Shown: positions 1-9,446 of the stretch, piece by piece
Numbering within the stretch: the first letter of the stretch is position 1
How the letters are laid out: each line of letters starts with the position of its first letter
Source: a bacterium
GTDB taxonomy: Bacteria; Bdellovibrionota_C; UBA2361; CALJRW01
Assembly: GCA_031385045.1 (NCBI GenBank)
Contig: JANNBC010000024.1
Location: 270,150 to 334,149 of the forward strand
DNA length: 64,000 nucleotides
Reading direction: 5' to 3'
Notes under the pieces: model-generated
The model's database searches: none
Seen by the model: the letters and a program-made list of their open reading frames with translations, nothing else
What the model was told of the DNA's origin: nothing
Translations under genes and position numbers: made by a program

Positions 1-1
1 A

Positions 2-586
2 GTAATTATAAAATACAATGCTGGTAATATCTTCTCTGTAAAAACAGCATTAGAACGTCTGACTATAGAACTTCCAGGTGCAGAGATCCAGCTCTCTGAT
101 CAAGCCTCTGACCTTTTATCAGCTGACAAGATCATTTTCCCCGGCGTTGGTGAAGCTAGCAGCGCAATGCAGGATCTCAAAAGAAATAATTTAGATTTAC
201 TTATTCCTAAATTAACTCAACCGTTTTTGGGTATCTGTCTAGGCCTACAATTAATGTGTGACTACTCTGAGGAGAATGAAACTAAGTGCCTAGGGATCAT
301 GCCAGTCAGAGTAAGAAAATTTACTGAGCTAAAAGTTCCTCAAATTGGTTGGAATAATATCTATAATTATCAAACAAGTTTATTTGCAGGTTTCAAAGAA
401 AATGAGTACGTCTACTTCGTTCACAGTTACTATGCAGAGATTTCACCTTATACCATTGCAACAACTGATTATGGTATTAAATACAGCGCTGGCTTAAAAA
501 AAGATAATTTTTACGCGGTACAATTTCATCCTGAAAAAAGTGCTGATATTGGATCCAAAATCCTGAATAATTTCCTAGTGGCTTAA
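2..586 (+). CDS. hisH: Imidazole glycerol phosphate synthase glutaminase subunit (5' truncated by window edge)
   Basis: Frame open from nt 2 (VIIKYNAGNIFSV...); GICLG, YFVHSY and QFHPEKS motifs. Confidence 0.95.
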   Translation, partial: VIIKYNAGNIFSVKTALERLTIELPGAEIQLSDQASDLLSADKIIFPGVGEASSAMQDLKRNNLDLLIPKLTQPFLGICLGLQLMCDYSEENETKCLGIMPVRVRKFTELKVPQIGWNNIYNYQTSLFAGFKENEYVYFVHSYYAEISPYTIATTDYGIKYSAGLKKDNFYAVQFHPEKSADIGSKILNNFLVA

Positions 587-999
587 TATGTATCTAAATA
601 ACGATCTTCTATTTTTAATTCTTCTAGAACATAGTTAATAACTTGCTTATCGTCAGTCATTCCGGAAGCAAAGGTATGATCACAAAAGGGATCATTTTCA
701 GAAGCTGCATAGCGCACAGCACCTGCAATTAATCGTTGTTCAGATTGGGTACGACTAGGATAAATATCAAGTAAAAACTTACAGACTATAAAAACTGCTT
801 GCGCCTCTTTAGCATTATATTTACTCTCTTCGTTATCGGCAGACTGCTCGGAATTAACAGCGAAATGAGACTTTAATGAATGAGACAGTTGCTTAAGAGC
901 TTCGGCATCAAGCTCCTCACATAACCGTTCAAATTCTGGTCTAACAAAAGGTGGGAACTTGGGTAATTTATGTTTTCGCTTTTTTCCAAAAAATATCAT
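583..999 (-). CDS. Hypothetical protein, possibly DUF1232/YkvA-like
   Basis: C-terminal AGAVRY...D...GMTDD..V resembles the YkvA pattern; stop overlaps the hisH stop (shared TTAA). Confidence 0.5.
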   Translation of the reverse strand: MIFFGKKRKHKLPKFPPFVRPEFERLCEELDAEALKQLSHSLKSHFAVNSEQSADNEESKYNAKEAQAVFIVCKFLLDIYPSRTQSEQRLIAGAVRYAASENDPFCDHTFASGMTDDKQVINYVLEELKIEDRYLDTY

Positions 1000-1013
1000 A
1001 ATACTTACTTACC

Positions 1014-2636
1014 ATGTCTAAAGAAATCCTAAAAGGTACTACACTTATCAGCATACTAACCTTGGTCAGCAGACTCTTAGGGTTCATCTGGAATTTAGTC
1101 TTTGCTCAACTCTTTGGAGCTGGTATCTTAGCTGACTGCTTTTTCGTTGCTTATAAAATTCCAAATCTCTTACGGAGTATCCTGGGAGAGGGAGCACTTT
1201 CTGCTGCCTTTATCCCTGTATTCTCGGCTGAGCTAGAAAAAGATCGGCAGTTGGCAGAAAGAACCTTACGCTCTGTCTCGGGACTACTCTTAATCGCTAG
1301 CATTATAATCACAATCCTTGGAATTATTTTTGCACCCTTGATTATTGAATTAATTGCCCCAGGATATTTAGATGATCCTGATCGTTACCAACTATGTCTA
1401 ACCTTAACTCAAATTACTCTACCCTATATAATTTTTGTTAGTTTAATTGCCTTGATTAGTGGCGCCCTTAACTCAGTTAAAAAGTATGGGGCGGCTCCCA
1501 TCTCACAAATTGTGATGAATGTTGTCATGATTATAGCCTGTTTTTTGGTTAGCTTTTGGGACACCGAAACTGGAATCAAATTACTAGCATTTTCCGTGAT
1601 TGTGGGAGGACTTTGCCAAATACTTATCCAATTACCTGCCCTTAAAGCCGCAGGCTTATCAATCTTCCCTAATGTTAAACTTTTAAATCCTAGTAGCAAA
1701 CGCGTACTGTTGTTAATGATTCCGGCAAGTTTTGGAGCAGCAATTTATCAAATATCGATTTTTATCAATACCATGCTCGCCACATTACTTCCGACAGGGA
1801 GTGTCTCTTGGCTTTTTTATGCCGACCGGCTTTCCCAATTACCAATTGGCGTATTAACAATTGCAATTATGTCTGTTCTATTACCAGAGCTATCTCGCTC
1901 CCAAGCAAATAATAATCAAGAAGCCTTCCAACATAATATGAATAACTCACTTCGTTATTTAAGCTTCTTAATTATTCCTTCCGCGGCTGGACTAATTATC
2001 TTAGCGGAGCCCTTAATCAAAGTATTTTTTGAACGTGGAGAATTCCTAGCTTTAGATACTTGGCAAACAGCACTGGCCCTTCAAGCTACCGCCTTTGGAC
2101 TCTGGGGTATTAGTTGTAATTCTATTATCAGCAGAGGATTCTTAGCTCAACAAGATACCCTAACTCCTAGTCTACTGGGGATCTTAACTTTGGTTATTAA
2201 TACTGCCTTAGCACTATTACTAATGGGCCAGATTAATTTTACTGGAGATAATTTCTTTCTCCACGCAATTGTCTATCTGCAAAAATTATTAACAGCATTT
2301 CTGCCTCATGCCGATTTTTTTCATGTTGGCTTAGCATTAGCCTCAGGGCTGGCCTTAACATTTACGCTAGTAATTAGCATGTTCATTTTAGATCGTCGTC
2401 TAGCGAATTGGAGCTTTAAACCATTTCTAAAAGCTAGCCTGATTTCCTTAGTTGCTTCTATCTTAATGATGGGAATAATTAAAATCCTTAAAGAATTAAT
2501 TCCCAACGATATCTTGTTAATTGCTATTGCCTGTCCCGTTGCTGTAATTAGTTACTTTGTATTTTATCAGCTACTTGGTGGCCAAGAAATTAAGGAATTA
2601 AGAAACCTATTTAGAAGAAAAATTAAACCTTCCTAG
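1014..2636 (+). CDS. murJ: Lipid II flippase MurJ (MviN)
   Basis: TLVSRLLGF, KIPNLLRSILGEGALSAAFIPVF and YADRLSQLPIG motifs; many TM helices. Confidence 0.95.
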   Translation: MSKEILKGTTLISILTLVSRLLGFIWNLVFAQLFGAGILADCFFVAYKIPNLLRSILGEGALSAAFIPVFSAELEKDRQLAERTLRSVSGLLLIASIIITILGIIFAPLIIELIAPGYLDDPDRYQLCLTLTQITLPYIIFVSLIALISGALNSVKKYGAAPISQIVMNVVMIIACFLVSFWDTETGIKLLAFSVIVGGLCQILIQLPALKAAGLSIFPNVKLLNPSSKRVLLLMIPASFGAAIYQISIFINTMLATLLPTGSVSWLFYADRLSQLPIGVLTIAIMSVLLPELSRSQANNNQEAFQHNMNNSLRYLSFLIIPSAAGLIILAEPLIKVFFERGEFLALDTWQTALALQATAFGLWGISCNSIISRGFLAQQDTLTPSLLGILTLVINTALALLLMGQINFTGDNFFLHAIVYLQKLLTAFLPHADFFHVGLALASGLALTFTLVISMFILDRRLANWSFKPFLKASLISLVASILMMGIIKILKELIPNDILLIAIACPVAVISYFVFYQLLGGQEIKELRNLFRRKIKPS

Positions 2637-2642
2637 GCAGTA

Positions 2643-3455
2643 CTATTTGGATAACTCATTACTACGCTTTAATGCTGCTTGAAATGCAAGCTGTAGTGAG
2701 TGATTAATTTTCTTTGCTTCAAAGACATTAAGTGCCGCTTCGGTAGTACCACCCTTGGACTTAACCTTAGCGATTAACTGACTAGGCGTGATTTTTTGAG
2801 ACTTAATAAATTCGATAGTCCCAGCAAAAGTTTGCCAGACAATTTGCTCAGAAATCTCTTTGGAGAAACCAAATTTTTTGGCAGCCTCTTCTAAGGCCAT
2901 CATTAAAAAAGCTACGTAGGCAGGACCACTACCAGCTAGAGCTGTAATCTGATTAATTTTCTTTTCTTCCGACAATTCTAGAAATAATCCCTGTTTAGAA
3001 AAAATTTTCTTAATTAATTTTTTTTCTTTTAGCGATACAGAGGAGTCATAAAAACAACCAAGGACAGCCTGTTTAAACTCAATTGCTAAGTTAGGCATTA
3101 ACCGAACTACTTTCTTAACACCAAGGATTTTTTTTATTTTAGCGATAGAGATACCAGCCATAACGGAAAGGACAACAGTCTCCCTAGAAACTTTCTTTTT
3201 TAACTCGACACTTAGTTCCACAAAGTCTTGAGGTTTAACTGCCAGAATTATAAAGTCAGATTGTGACATTCCAATCACACTAGAGAAAATTTGAATTTGT
3301 GGTGCTAACTTTTTAATTTTTTTAAGTTTACCTAGATCTCGATTAATCAAAGTTAAACTTTTTGGTGAAATCACTTGCTCGGCAATTATTGTTTTGGCAA
3401 TTGGCAGACCCATATTGCCTAAACCAATAATTGCTAAACTAACGGGCTTTGCCAC
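2643..3455 (-). CDS. proC: Pyrroline-5-carboxylate reductase (likely GTG start at 3455)
   Basis: IIGLGNMG, AVKPQ, RLMPN, GSGPAY and SKGGTT motifs. Confidence 0.93.
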   Translation of the reverse strand: MAKPVSLAIIGLGNMGLPIAKTIIAEQVISPKSLTLINRDLGKLKKIKKLAPQIQIFSSVIGMSQSDFIILAVKPQDFVELSVELKKKVSRETVVLSVMAGISIAKIKKILGVKKVVRLMPNLAIEFKQAVLGCFYDSSVSLKEKKLIKKIFSKQGLFLELSEEKKINQITALAGSGPAYVAFLMMALEEAAKKFGFSKEISEQIVWQTFAGTIEFIKSQKITPSQLIAKVKSKGGTTEAALNVFEAKKINHSLQLAFQAALKRSNELSK

Positions 3456-3729
3456 GGATTGGATCCTCAACAGTAAATGTTTCTCCAGATTTTAAATTAA
3501 GAAACAACATCATCTGTTCAACTAGCATGTTATAATCTTCCTTCTTTCCCATATTCAGACGATATTCATTAATAATCTTAATCTGCATATCATCTTTCCA
3601 CATGGCCCAAGCTTTTGCAGATATTTTTTCAAAAATTTCTTGCCCAACAGCTCCAGAAAATGGAGGTTTAGATAAGCCAGGGAGCTCCTGACTTAATTTA
3701 ATACAATTTACAATTCTTTCTTCAGTCAT
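3439..3729 (-). CDS. yggX: Fe(II)-trafficking / oxidative damage protection protein YggX
   Basis: VNCIKL...GL..PPF.G..G..I...ISAKAW..W...Q...INEYRLN. Confidence 0.88.
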   Translation of the reverse strand: MTEERIVNCIKLSQELPGLSKPPFSGAVGQEIFEKISAKAWAMWKDDMQIKIINEYRLNMGKKEDYNMLVEQMMLFLNLKSGETFTVEDPIRGKAR

Positions 3730-3933
3730 AGTATTTAGGGGTGTTTAGAACAGTGCGTAAGATAGATGAAACAATAAAAACTTTCAAACTATCGAAGCAA
3801 ATAATGCCACTAAATGAAAGTATTCAAGTTTTTTTATGTTTTTACAAAACTTTTACATTTAAATTACACAACCATGACACAAGGGGCTTCATAACGTGAG
3901 ATAAGGGTATAACAACTCAGCCTTTTAAGGAGA

Positions 3934-4572
3934 ATGCTCATGACTAAGAAACTTACGGATCTGGAATTGGTGATTGAACTACAAAATGGTGAAAAATCAG
4001 CCTTTGAAGAACTTTTTAAGCGTTATAGTGAAAAGGCCTACCACCTAGCTTATCGCATTACTCGAAAAGAGGAAGATGCTGAGGAAATTATCCAAGAAAC
4101 GTTTATTAATGTTTTTGCTAAAATTAACTCCTTCCAAGGAAAATCAGCATTTTCTAGCTGGTTATATAGAATTACCTTCAATACAGCCTTAATGAAGCTT
4201 AGAAAAAGAAAAAAACACTTAACTTTGCCTTTAGAAACAAATAATCAATCAGAAGAGTCATTCACTGTTGAATATTGCTCTGAAGAAGAGCACCACCGCT
4301 GTGAAGTTTTCCCAATTCGTCATGAATTACGTGGTCATATTGAAAAAGCAGTTAATTCTCTTCCAGAAGAATACCGTTCAATCTTCGTACTACGTGATAT
4401 TGATGGCTTAAGTAACCAGGAAGTAAGTGAAATGTTGGACTTAACAATTCCAGCAATCAAGTCTCGCTTACACCGAGCTCGTCTAATGTTACAAGCTAGA
4501 TTAGAAAATTATTACAATGATTTTTGTAATGAGACTCTAATCCTGGAAGGAAACCAAAAACTAGCTGCCTAG
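3934..4572 (+). CDS. ECF RNA polymerase sigma factor
   Basis: Region 2 (DAEEIIQETF, FSSWLYRI) and region 4 (LPEEYR...IKSRLHRAR); SD AAGGAG upstream. Confidence 0.92.
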   Translation: MLMTKKLTDLELVIELQNGEKSAFEELFKRYSEKAYHLAYRITRKEEDAEEIIQETFINVFAKINSFQGKSAFSSWLYRITFNTALMKLRKRKKHLTLPLETNNQSEESFTVEYCSEEEHHRCEVFPIRHELRGHIEKAVNSLPEEYRSIFVLRDIDGLSNQEVSEMLDLTIPAIKSRLHRARLMLQARLENYYNDFCNETLILEGNQKLAA

Positions 4573-4654
4573 GTGGGTGATGCTTCGTGAAAGTACACTA
4601 GGTTTATATCTTGCAGTCTTAATATCCTGATACTTGAGCCTTGTTTGTAAATTT

Positions 4655-4674
4655 AGCGACCCCCGCGGGTCGCT
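4655..4674. repeat. GC-rich hairpin module, second copy at 7557-7576
   Basis: AGCGACCCCCGCGGGTCGCT vs AGCGACCCCCAAGGGTCGCT (18/20 identical; only the loop differs). Confidence 0.75.
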
Positions 4675-4711
4675 CCGAAACTCACATTTATTAAGAAAAG
4701 CCTAAATTAAT

Positions 4712-4738
4712 TAAATTTCATATTAGAAATATCGATAT
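4712..4738 (+). promoter_or_regulatory. Possible sigma28 (FliA)-type promoter
   Basis: TAAA-N15-ATCGATAT versus consensus TAAA-N15-GCCGATAA. Confidence 0.35.
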
Positions 4739-4834
4739 AGCGTCAATTTGACTAAGAACTACCCATTTGAGATTATCGTTATACTTACCCTCCAAAAATC
4801 AACCGGAGATAATAATTTAATTAACAAATGAGAT

Positions 4835-5494
4835 ATGGCATCTTTTTCAATACAATCAGATAGTAACAAATTTGAATATCAGGCTGGTCAGTGGTCACTT
4901 ACGATAGACACAGCTAGTGGTATGATCAATGATCGCAACATACAAACTGCCATCACAGGACCTAAGGCTGGAGAACCGATAGAAGCATTTTTTACTTTTA
5001 CCAAAACCCCAGGTGCAAATTATGATGCTGGCAAAATTGTGCAAGAACCGGATCTTGCTTATCCGATAACCGTAAGAGAACCAATTATTAAAGATGGTTT
5101 CTTCCAATTTAGCGCACAGGGTGAAATGCTAACGACAATCGCAGCAAAACGCTTAGTAGGTTTTATCTTACTAGATTCAGATGGAGAAAAGATCTTAGGA
5201 CGAGGTTCGTGGAGTAATTTAGCTATTTTTAGCAAAAAAGATTATGAATTTGATACGGAAAGAAATGTACTTAGAATTGAACAGGACTATTATCGACTAA
5301 TACAAACCATCGAAGCTGATAAAAATAGACTAGACGGTGTCGCTGGAACTTTTGTCAAAATTGATCAAAAAAGTGCTCTAGATGCCACACCAGAATTAGT
5401 TGTAAATTTTGAACTAGGTCTAGTTGCTAGCATCTTAATTCCAACTAATGCTGATCAAATTCTAGCCTTGAGAAAATTAAAAAATCGCGATTAA
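4835..5494 (+). CDS. Hypothetical protein
   Basis: 219-aa ORF with normal composition; no family recognised. Confidence 0.75.
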   Translation: MASFSIQSDSNKFEYQAGQWSLTIDTASGMINDRNIQTAITGPKAGEPIEAFFTFTKTPGANYDAGKIVQEPDLAYPITVREPIIKDGFFQFSAQGEMLTTIAAKRLVGFILLDSDGEKILGRGSWSNLAIFSKKDYEFDTERNVLRIEQDYYRLIQTIEADKNRLDGVAGTFVKIDQKSALDATPELVVNFELGLVASILIPTNADQILALRKLKNRD

Positions 5495-5504
5495 TATAAT
5501 AATG

Positions 5505-5540
5505 AAAAAAGTAATTTCCATATGGAAATTAGATGGACTC
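5505..5540. repeat. Degenerate copy of palindromic module B
   Basis: AAAAAAGTAATTTCCATATGGAAATTAGATGGACTC resembles 45274-45328 and 36300-36348. Confidence 0.55.
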
Positions 5541-5775
5541 ATTACTGTAAATCAAAGATATAAACAATTATTACCTTAAGAAATTATTGAACAAACTTGG
5601 ACTTCTACCATACAATTCAGCTACTGAAATCTTTGATTTTGCCCCTAAAAAGCTAAGCTAAGCCAATTGAAATGTCATTTAAGATTATTATTGGCAATAA
5701 AGGGCCTAGAATACCCATTTTGACCATCTAGGATTACAGAATCAGCTAATGAAATTTCTTCGATATGCTTGAACT

Positions 5776-6513
5776 ATGCTGAAGTTAAGCTCTAATCAAA
5801 TTACCAAATCAAACGCACTACATTCCTATCCGATTAATTTAACAGCTTTAAATCGAGATTTACGCCTTGATGTGATTAATGGCTTTTTAATCTCCCAGGG
5901 GCTACTCCCCTTAAGTCGACTTGGTGATGCAAATAATGGAGAGTTAGAATTTACAGGGATAAATTCCTTTTGGGCCGATCCATTTGTTTCTAGAATTGAT
6001 TTTCAAACTAAATGTTTAAATCGTGAGTTTAATCATCTTTGCTTTTTAAGCCCAGCGAGTGATGGTTGTTCTGGGACAATCGTTGTACCCGTTGTAAATA
6101 ATCAGTATCTTTTACTTGTTGAACAATTTCGACCAACTGTAGGGGTGAGAACTCTGGAAGTACCTCGAGGATTTATAAATCCAGAAGAATCAAACAGAAT
6201 TAATAATTCCTTTGGAAATGCATTAAGGGAATTCTCTGAAGAAACTGGTTTAGACCAGACAAAAATTGCCTACTTTCCAAATTTAGTTGGAGAGGTTTTT
6301 GAAAACTCTGGAGTTTCCACAAATAAGAATAAGGTCTATCGGGTAGCAATCACTGTTCCTGAGGAACAATTAAATAACTTAATTAAAACAAATCATTTAG
6401 ATCAAGGAGAAGTTGATCAATTTGTTAGTACTCGGTTAGTAGAATTCAAAGACCTAAAACTTGTGATTAAAGACCAACATTCAGCTAGTGCAATTTGGCT
6501 AGCACTAAACTAA
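5776..6513 (+). CDS. NUDIX hydrolase (ADP-ribose pyrophosphatase-like)
   Basis: LLVEQFRP...LEVPRG...ALREFSEETG; Nudix box with a short insertion. Confidence 0.85.
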   Translation: MLKLSSNQITKSNALHSYPINLTALNRDLRLDVINGFLISQGLLPLSRLGDANNGELEFTGINSFWADPFVSRIDFQTKCLNREFNHLCFLSPASDGCSGTIVVPVVNNQYLLLVEQFRPTVGVRTLEVPRGFINPEESNRINNSFGNALREFSEETGLDQTKIAYFPNLVGEVFENSGVSTNKNKVYRVAITVPEEQLNNLIKTNHLDQGEVDQFVSTRLVEFKDLKLVIKDQHSASAIWLALN

Positions 6514-6516
6514 ATC

Positions 6517-7404
6517 CTACATAAGATTTTCTTGAGTCAAAATATTTAACAGGTACTGCCCATAGGAATTTTTTCTTAGGTTATTGGCATTTTCTAGAAG
6601 CTGATCTTTATTAATAAACTTCATAAAATAGGCAATCTCTTCCGGACATGAAATCATCGAACCTTGTCTTTCTTCTAATGTTTGGATGTAATTGCATGCC
6701 TGTAAATATGATTCAAATGTTCCTGTATCTAGCCAAGCAAATCCTCTGCCTAAGACTTCCAGGGAAAGTTCTCCGCGTTCCACATAAACTTTATTAAGAT
6801 CTGTAATTTCCAATTCCCCTCGTGGAGAAGGCTTTAAGCTTTTAGCATATTCGCAAACATTATTATCATAAAAATAAAGTCCAGTTATTGCAAAGCTGGA
6901 TGTCGGCTTACTAGGTTTTTCAACTAATTCCGTAACCTTGCCATCCTTACCAAAAGTTGCCACTCCATATCTTTCTGGATCTTTCACATGATATGCAAAA
7001 ATAGTTGCTCCTTTATTTCGGGCAGAAGCTCGACCCATGGTCTCGGGCAAGCCATGCCCATAAAAAAGGTTATCACCCAAGACCATCGCGACCGGTCGAC
7101 CAGCCATAAACTCTTCGCCAATAATGAAGGCTTGTGCCAGCCCGTCGGGAGACGGTTGAACTGCGTAGGAAATTTTTATACCAAACTGAGAACCATCGCT
7201 TAATAAATTCTGAAAGGCAGCTTGATCTTGAGGAGTTGTAATGATCAAAATATCTCGAATCCCTGCCAACATTAAAGTCGACAAGGGATAATATATCATT
7301 GGCTTATTATAAATTGGGAGAAGCTGTTTACTAACAGACTTAGTAACAGGGAAAAGACGTGTCCCAGAGCCTCCGGCTAAAATAATTCCACAGTAGTTAT
7401 TCAT
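6517..7404 (-). CDS. rfbA: Glucose-1-phosphate thymidylyltransferase
   Basis: [37 protein letters not shown] and WLDTGT motifs. Confidence 0.96.
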   Translation of the reverse strand: MNNYCGIILAGGSGTRLFPVTKSVSKQLLPIYNKPMIYYPLSTLMLAGIRDILIITTPQDQAAFQNLLSDGSQFGIKISYAVQPSPDGLAQAFIIGEEFMAGRPVAMVLGDNLFYGHGLPETMGRASARNKGATIFAYHVKDPERYGVATFGKDGKVTELVEKPSKPTSSFAITGLYFYDNNVCEYAKSLKPSPRGELEITDLNKVYVERGELSLEVLGRGFAWLDTGTFESYLQACNYIQTLEERQGSMISCPEEIAYFMKFINKDQLLENANNLRKNSYGQYLLNILTQENLM

Positions 7405-7429
7405 TATTTATACGCTAAATATTTGGTTC

Positions 7430-7646
7430 ATATACTAAAACCCATTGGGTATTTCCTAACAGCTTGGAAAAAATCTAATAGATTTTTCAGTGTTTTGGCT
7501 TTCAGTATATTTGTCTTCCCTAGTCCTCAGCCTTATAAAATAATGCTGAGGACCTCAGCGACCCCCAAGGGTCGCTTCAAGTGCTCCGCACTTGATATAC
7601 TAAGCGCCTTTGTATGTTCGGTAATTTTCAATGTCGCTTAGTATAT
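7430..7646. repeat. Composite array of five palindromic modules (MITE/REP-like)
   Basis: 7430-7510 (ATATACTAAAACCC...GGCTTTCAGTATAT), 7523-7553, 7557-7576, 7577-7595 and 7595-7646 (ATATACTAAGCG...CGCTTAGTATAT); parts recur at 4655, 49840 and 63860. Confidence 0.75.
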
Positions 7647-7708
7647 TTAGCATAAAAATTAAATTATTCAAAAATACTATTTTATTGGATAGTTATAATA
7701 CCAAAAGC

Positions 7709-8260
7709 CTAATCGAGCTTAAGTAATTGACTACGAACTCGCTGACTTAGCGGATACTCAGAAAGCCAGATGCCTAAATAATACTGGGCAAATTTGGAAT
7801 TATTAATTGTTGGAAAAGTCTGATTGGGGTTGCTCAGTGTTAATCCCTGATTGGTGATATAGGTTAAAAAATACTGATCATCTCGATCAACATCACTGTA
7901 ATAATTGCTAACCTGATCTATTTCTTTCTGGTACTCAGTAAATATAAAATTGGGGTTCTTTTTTAAAGTATCAACTGCACCATCAACAATTCTTTTTTTA
8001 TCAATTTTACGGTGATATTTAAAATGAAGAAATTTAGATATTTGTGGATCGAGTACATTTCCGGTTAAATTAGGCTGATCAACATAGAGCCCAATAGAAT
8101 AAATATCCATAAACAAATAAGTAAAATCTGATTTACCTACTAAATAAAACTGGACACCAGAGCGTTCAATAGTTTTAGGATAACAACTAACTTCGGAACA
8201 AAGCTCTTCAGCCTGAGTGTTAATTGCCATTAATAAAAATAAAAAAAATAATCGAATCAT
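7709..8260 (-). CDS. Chalcone-isomerase-like fold protein, secreted
   Basis: Signal peptide; G...YLFMDIYSIGLY, FAQYYLGIWL..P...VRSQLL; usual neighbour of cfa/DUF1365 clusters. Confidence 0.75.
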   Translation of the reverse strand: MIRLFFLFLLMAINTQAEELCSEVSCYPKTIERSGVQFYLVGKSDFTYLFMDIYSIGLYVDQPNLTGNVLDPQISKFLHFKYHRKIDKKRIVDGAVDTLKKNPNFIFTEYQKEIDQVSNYYSDVDRDDQYFLTYITNQGLTLSNPNQTFPTINNSKFAQYYLGIWLSEYPLSQRVRSQLLKLD

Positions 8261-8988
8261 TAATTTGTCTTTAAACTGCCTAAGCCTCCATCAACAGCAA
8301 TTATTTGCCCAGTAATCCATGTTGCTCGATCGGAGATTAAAAAATCTACTAAATTTACTAAATCATCGGTTGTTCCAAGACGTTTTAAGGCGTGCATTTT
8401 TTCAGAAACCTTAAGGCTATTTTCATTATTAAAAATAGATTCAGTCATTGGCGTGCGCGTAAGCCCCGGAGCAATAGCATTAAAGCGAATGTTTTTTCCT
8501 GCATATGTTGCCGAGGCGGAAAGTACTAAGCCATTAACAGCGCCCTTAGCAGCAGAGATTGCTTCGTGATTTGGGAGTCCAATTTGTGAGGCCGCAGAAG
8601 TAAATAAAATCACACTTCCACCATTTGGAGCTAAAAATCTTCCAGCAGCACGAACAGTCGCAAAGGCAGTTGTTATATTCTTACTAATTACTTGCTCATA
8701 TTCCAGTGACGACACTAAATGTGCCGGTTTAAGCAGAACAGATCCACAACAATTAACCACTGCATCAATCCTACCAAAAACATCAGTAGCATTTTGAAAA
8801 ACACGATTAACCTGCTCAAAATCACTACAATCTGCGACAGCATAATTTGCTAGCAGCTTATTGGCGAGACTAATTAGCTCCGCCTCATGTCGAGCTACTA
8901 AAAAACATTTCCAACCAGTAGCTGATAATCTTTGGCTTAAATCACTTCCAACTCCGCCAGTAGCACCAAGGATAATTACATTTTTCAT
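8260..8988 (-). CDS. SDR-family oxidoreductase (atypical catalytic motif)
   Basis: GATGGVG, NAIAPG and ITGQIIAVDGG; ISAAK in place of YxxxK. Confidence 0.9.
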   Translation of the reverse strand: MKNVIILGATGGVGSDLSQRLSATGWKCFLVARHEAELISLANKLLANYAVADCSDFEQVNRVFQNATDVFGRIDAVVNCCGSVLLKPAHLVSSLEYEQVISKNITTAFATVRAAGRFLAPNGGSVILFTSAASQIGLPNHEAISAAKGAVNGLVLSASATYAGKNIRFNAIAPGLTRTPMTESIFNNENSLKVSEKMHALKRLGTTDDLVNLVDFLISDRATWITGQIIAVDGGLGSLKTN

Positions 8989-8993
8989 TGGAG

Positions 8994-9446
8994 CTAATAT
9001 TTATTAAGTTTTGTTTTAATCCATTTGATAATTATGGACAGCACTGGGATTCTTTCATAAATAAAATCTCCAACATCATAGTAATCACGTTGATATTTTA
9101 CTAGTTGAGTTTGAGGATCAAAGACTAAATGAGAAATACCTGGAACACTAAAAAGCTTCCCATGATTAAGCTTAGGGGCCTGCAAATGCATTGTCCAAAA
9201 GGCAGAAATTTTTTGCCCCTCACAAATAAAATCAGTAAATTCAAATTTTATCTCCTCGACTGGCTGATAAATATGACTATAGTATGCTTTAATTTTGGAT
9301 CCCCCACTAAGATCTACTAGCGGATCAATAAAATGAGCCTCAGAATGATAAAAAGTATCTACTAAATTAATATTTGTGGCACTTAGATTTGCAAAAAAAT
9401 ACTTAATTTTTTCTATCAGTGGATTTTCAATTACGCCGTTAGACAT
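8994..9446 (-). CDS. SnoaL/NTF2-like protein
   Basis: FY...AHFIDP...G...I..YY, WTM, G.S and YQRDYYD pattern. Confidence 0.85.
   Translation of the reverse strand: MSNGVIENPLIEKIKYFFANLSATNINLVDTFYHSEAHFIDPLVDLSGGSKIKAYYSHIYQPVEEIKFEFTDFICEGQKISAFWTMHLQAPKLNHGKLFSVPGISHLVFDPQTQLVKYQRDYYDVGDFIYERIPVLSIIIKWIKTKLNKY

Noticed and set aside
5502..5579. 25-aa ORF MKKVISIWKLDG...
   Set aside because: Overlaps a degenerate repeat module, has no SD and no recognisable motif.
5740..5766. Sigma28-like promoter before the NUDIX gene
   Set aside because: TTCGATAT is present but there is no TAAA/TAAG at 15-nt spacing.
7423..7641. 72-aa ORF in the ORF track
   Set aside because: Coincides entirely with the palindromic repeat array; likely spurious.
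7430..7646. CRISPR array or integron attC cassette array
   Set aside because: No regularly spaced identical repeats with unique spacers, no consistent RYYYAAC/GTTRRRY ends, and no cas or integrase genes.
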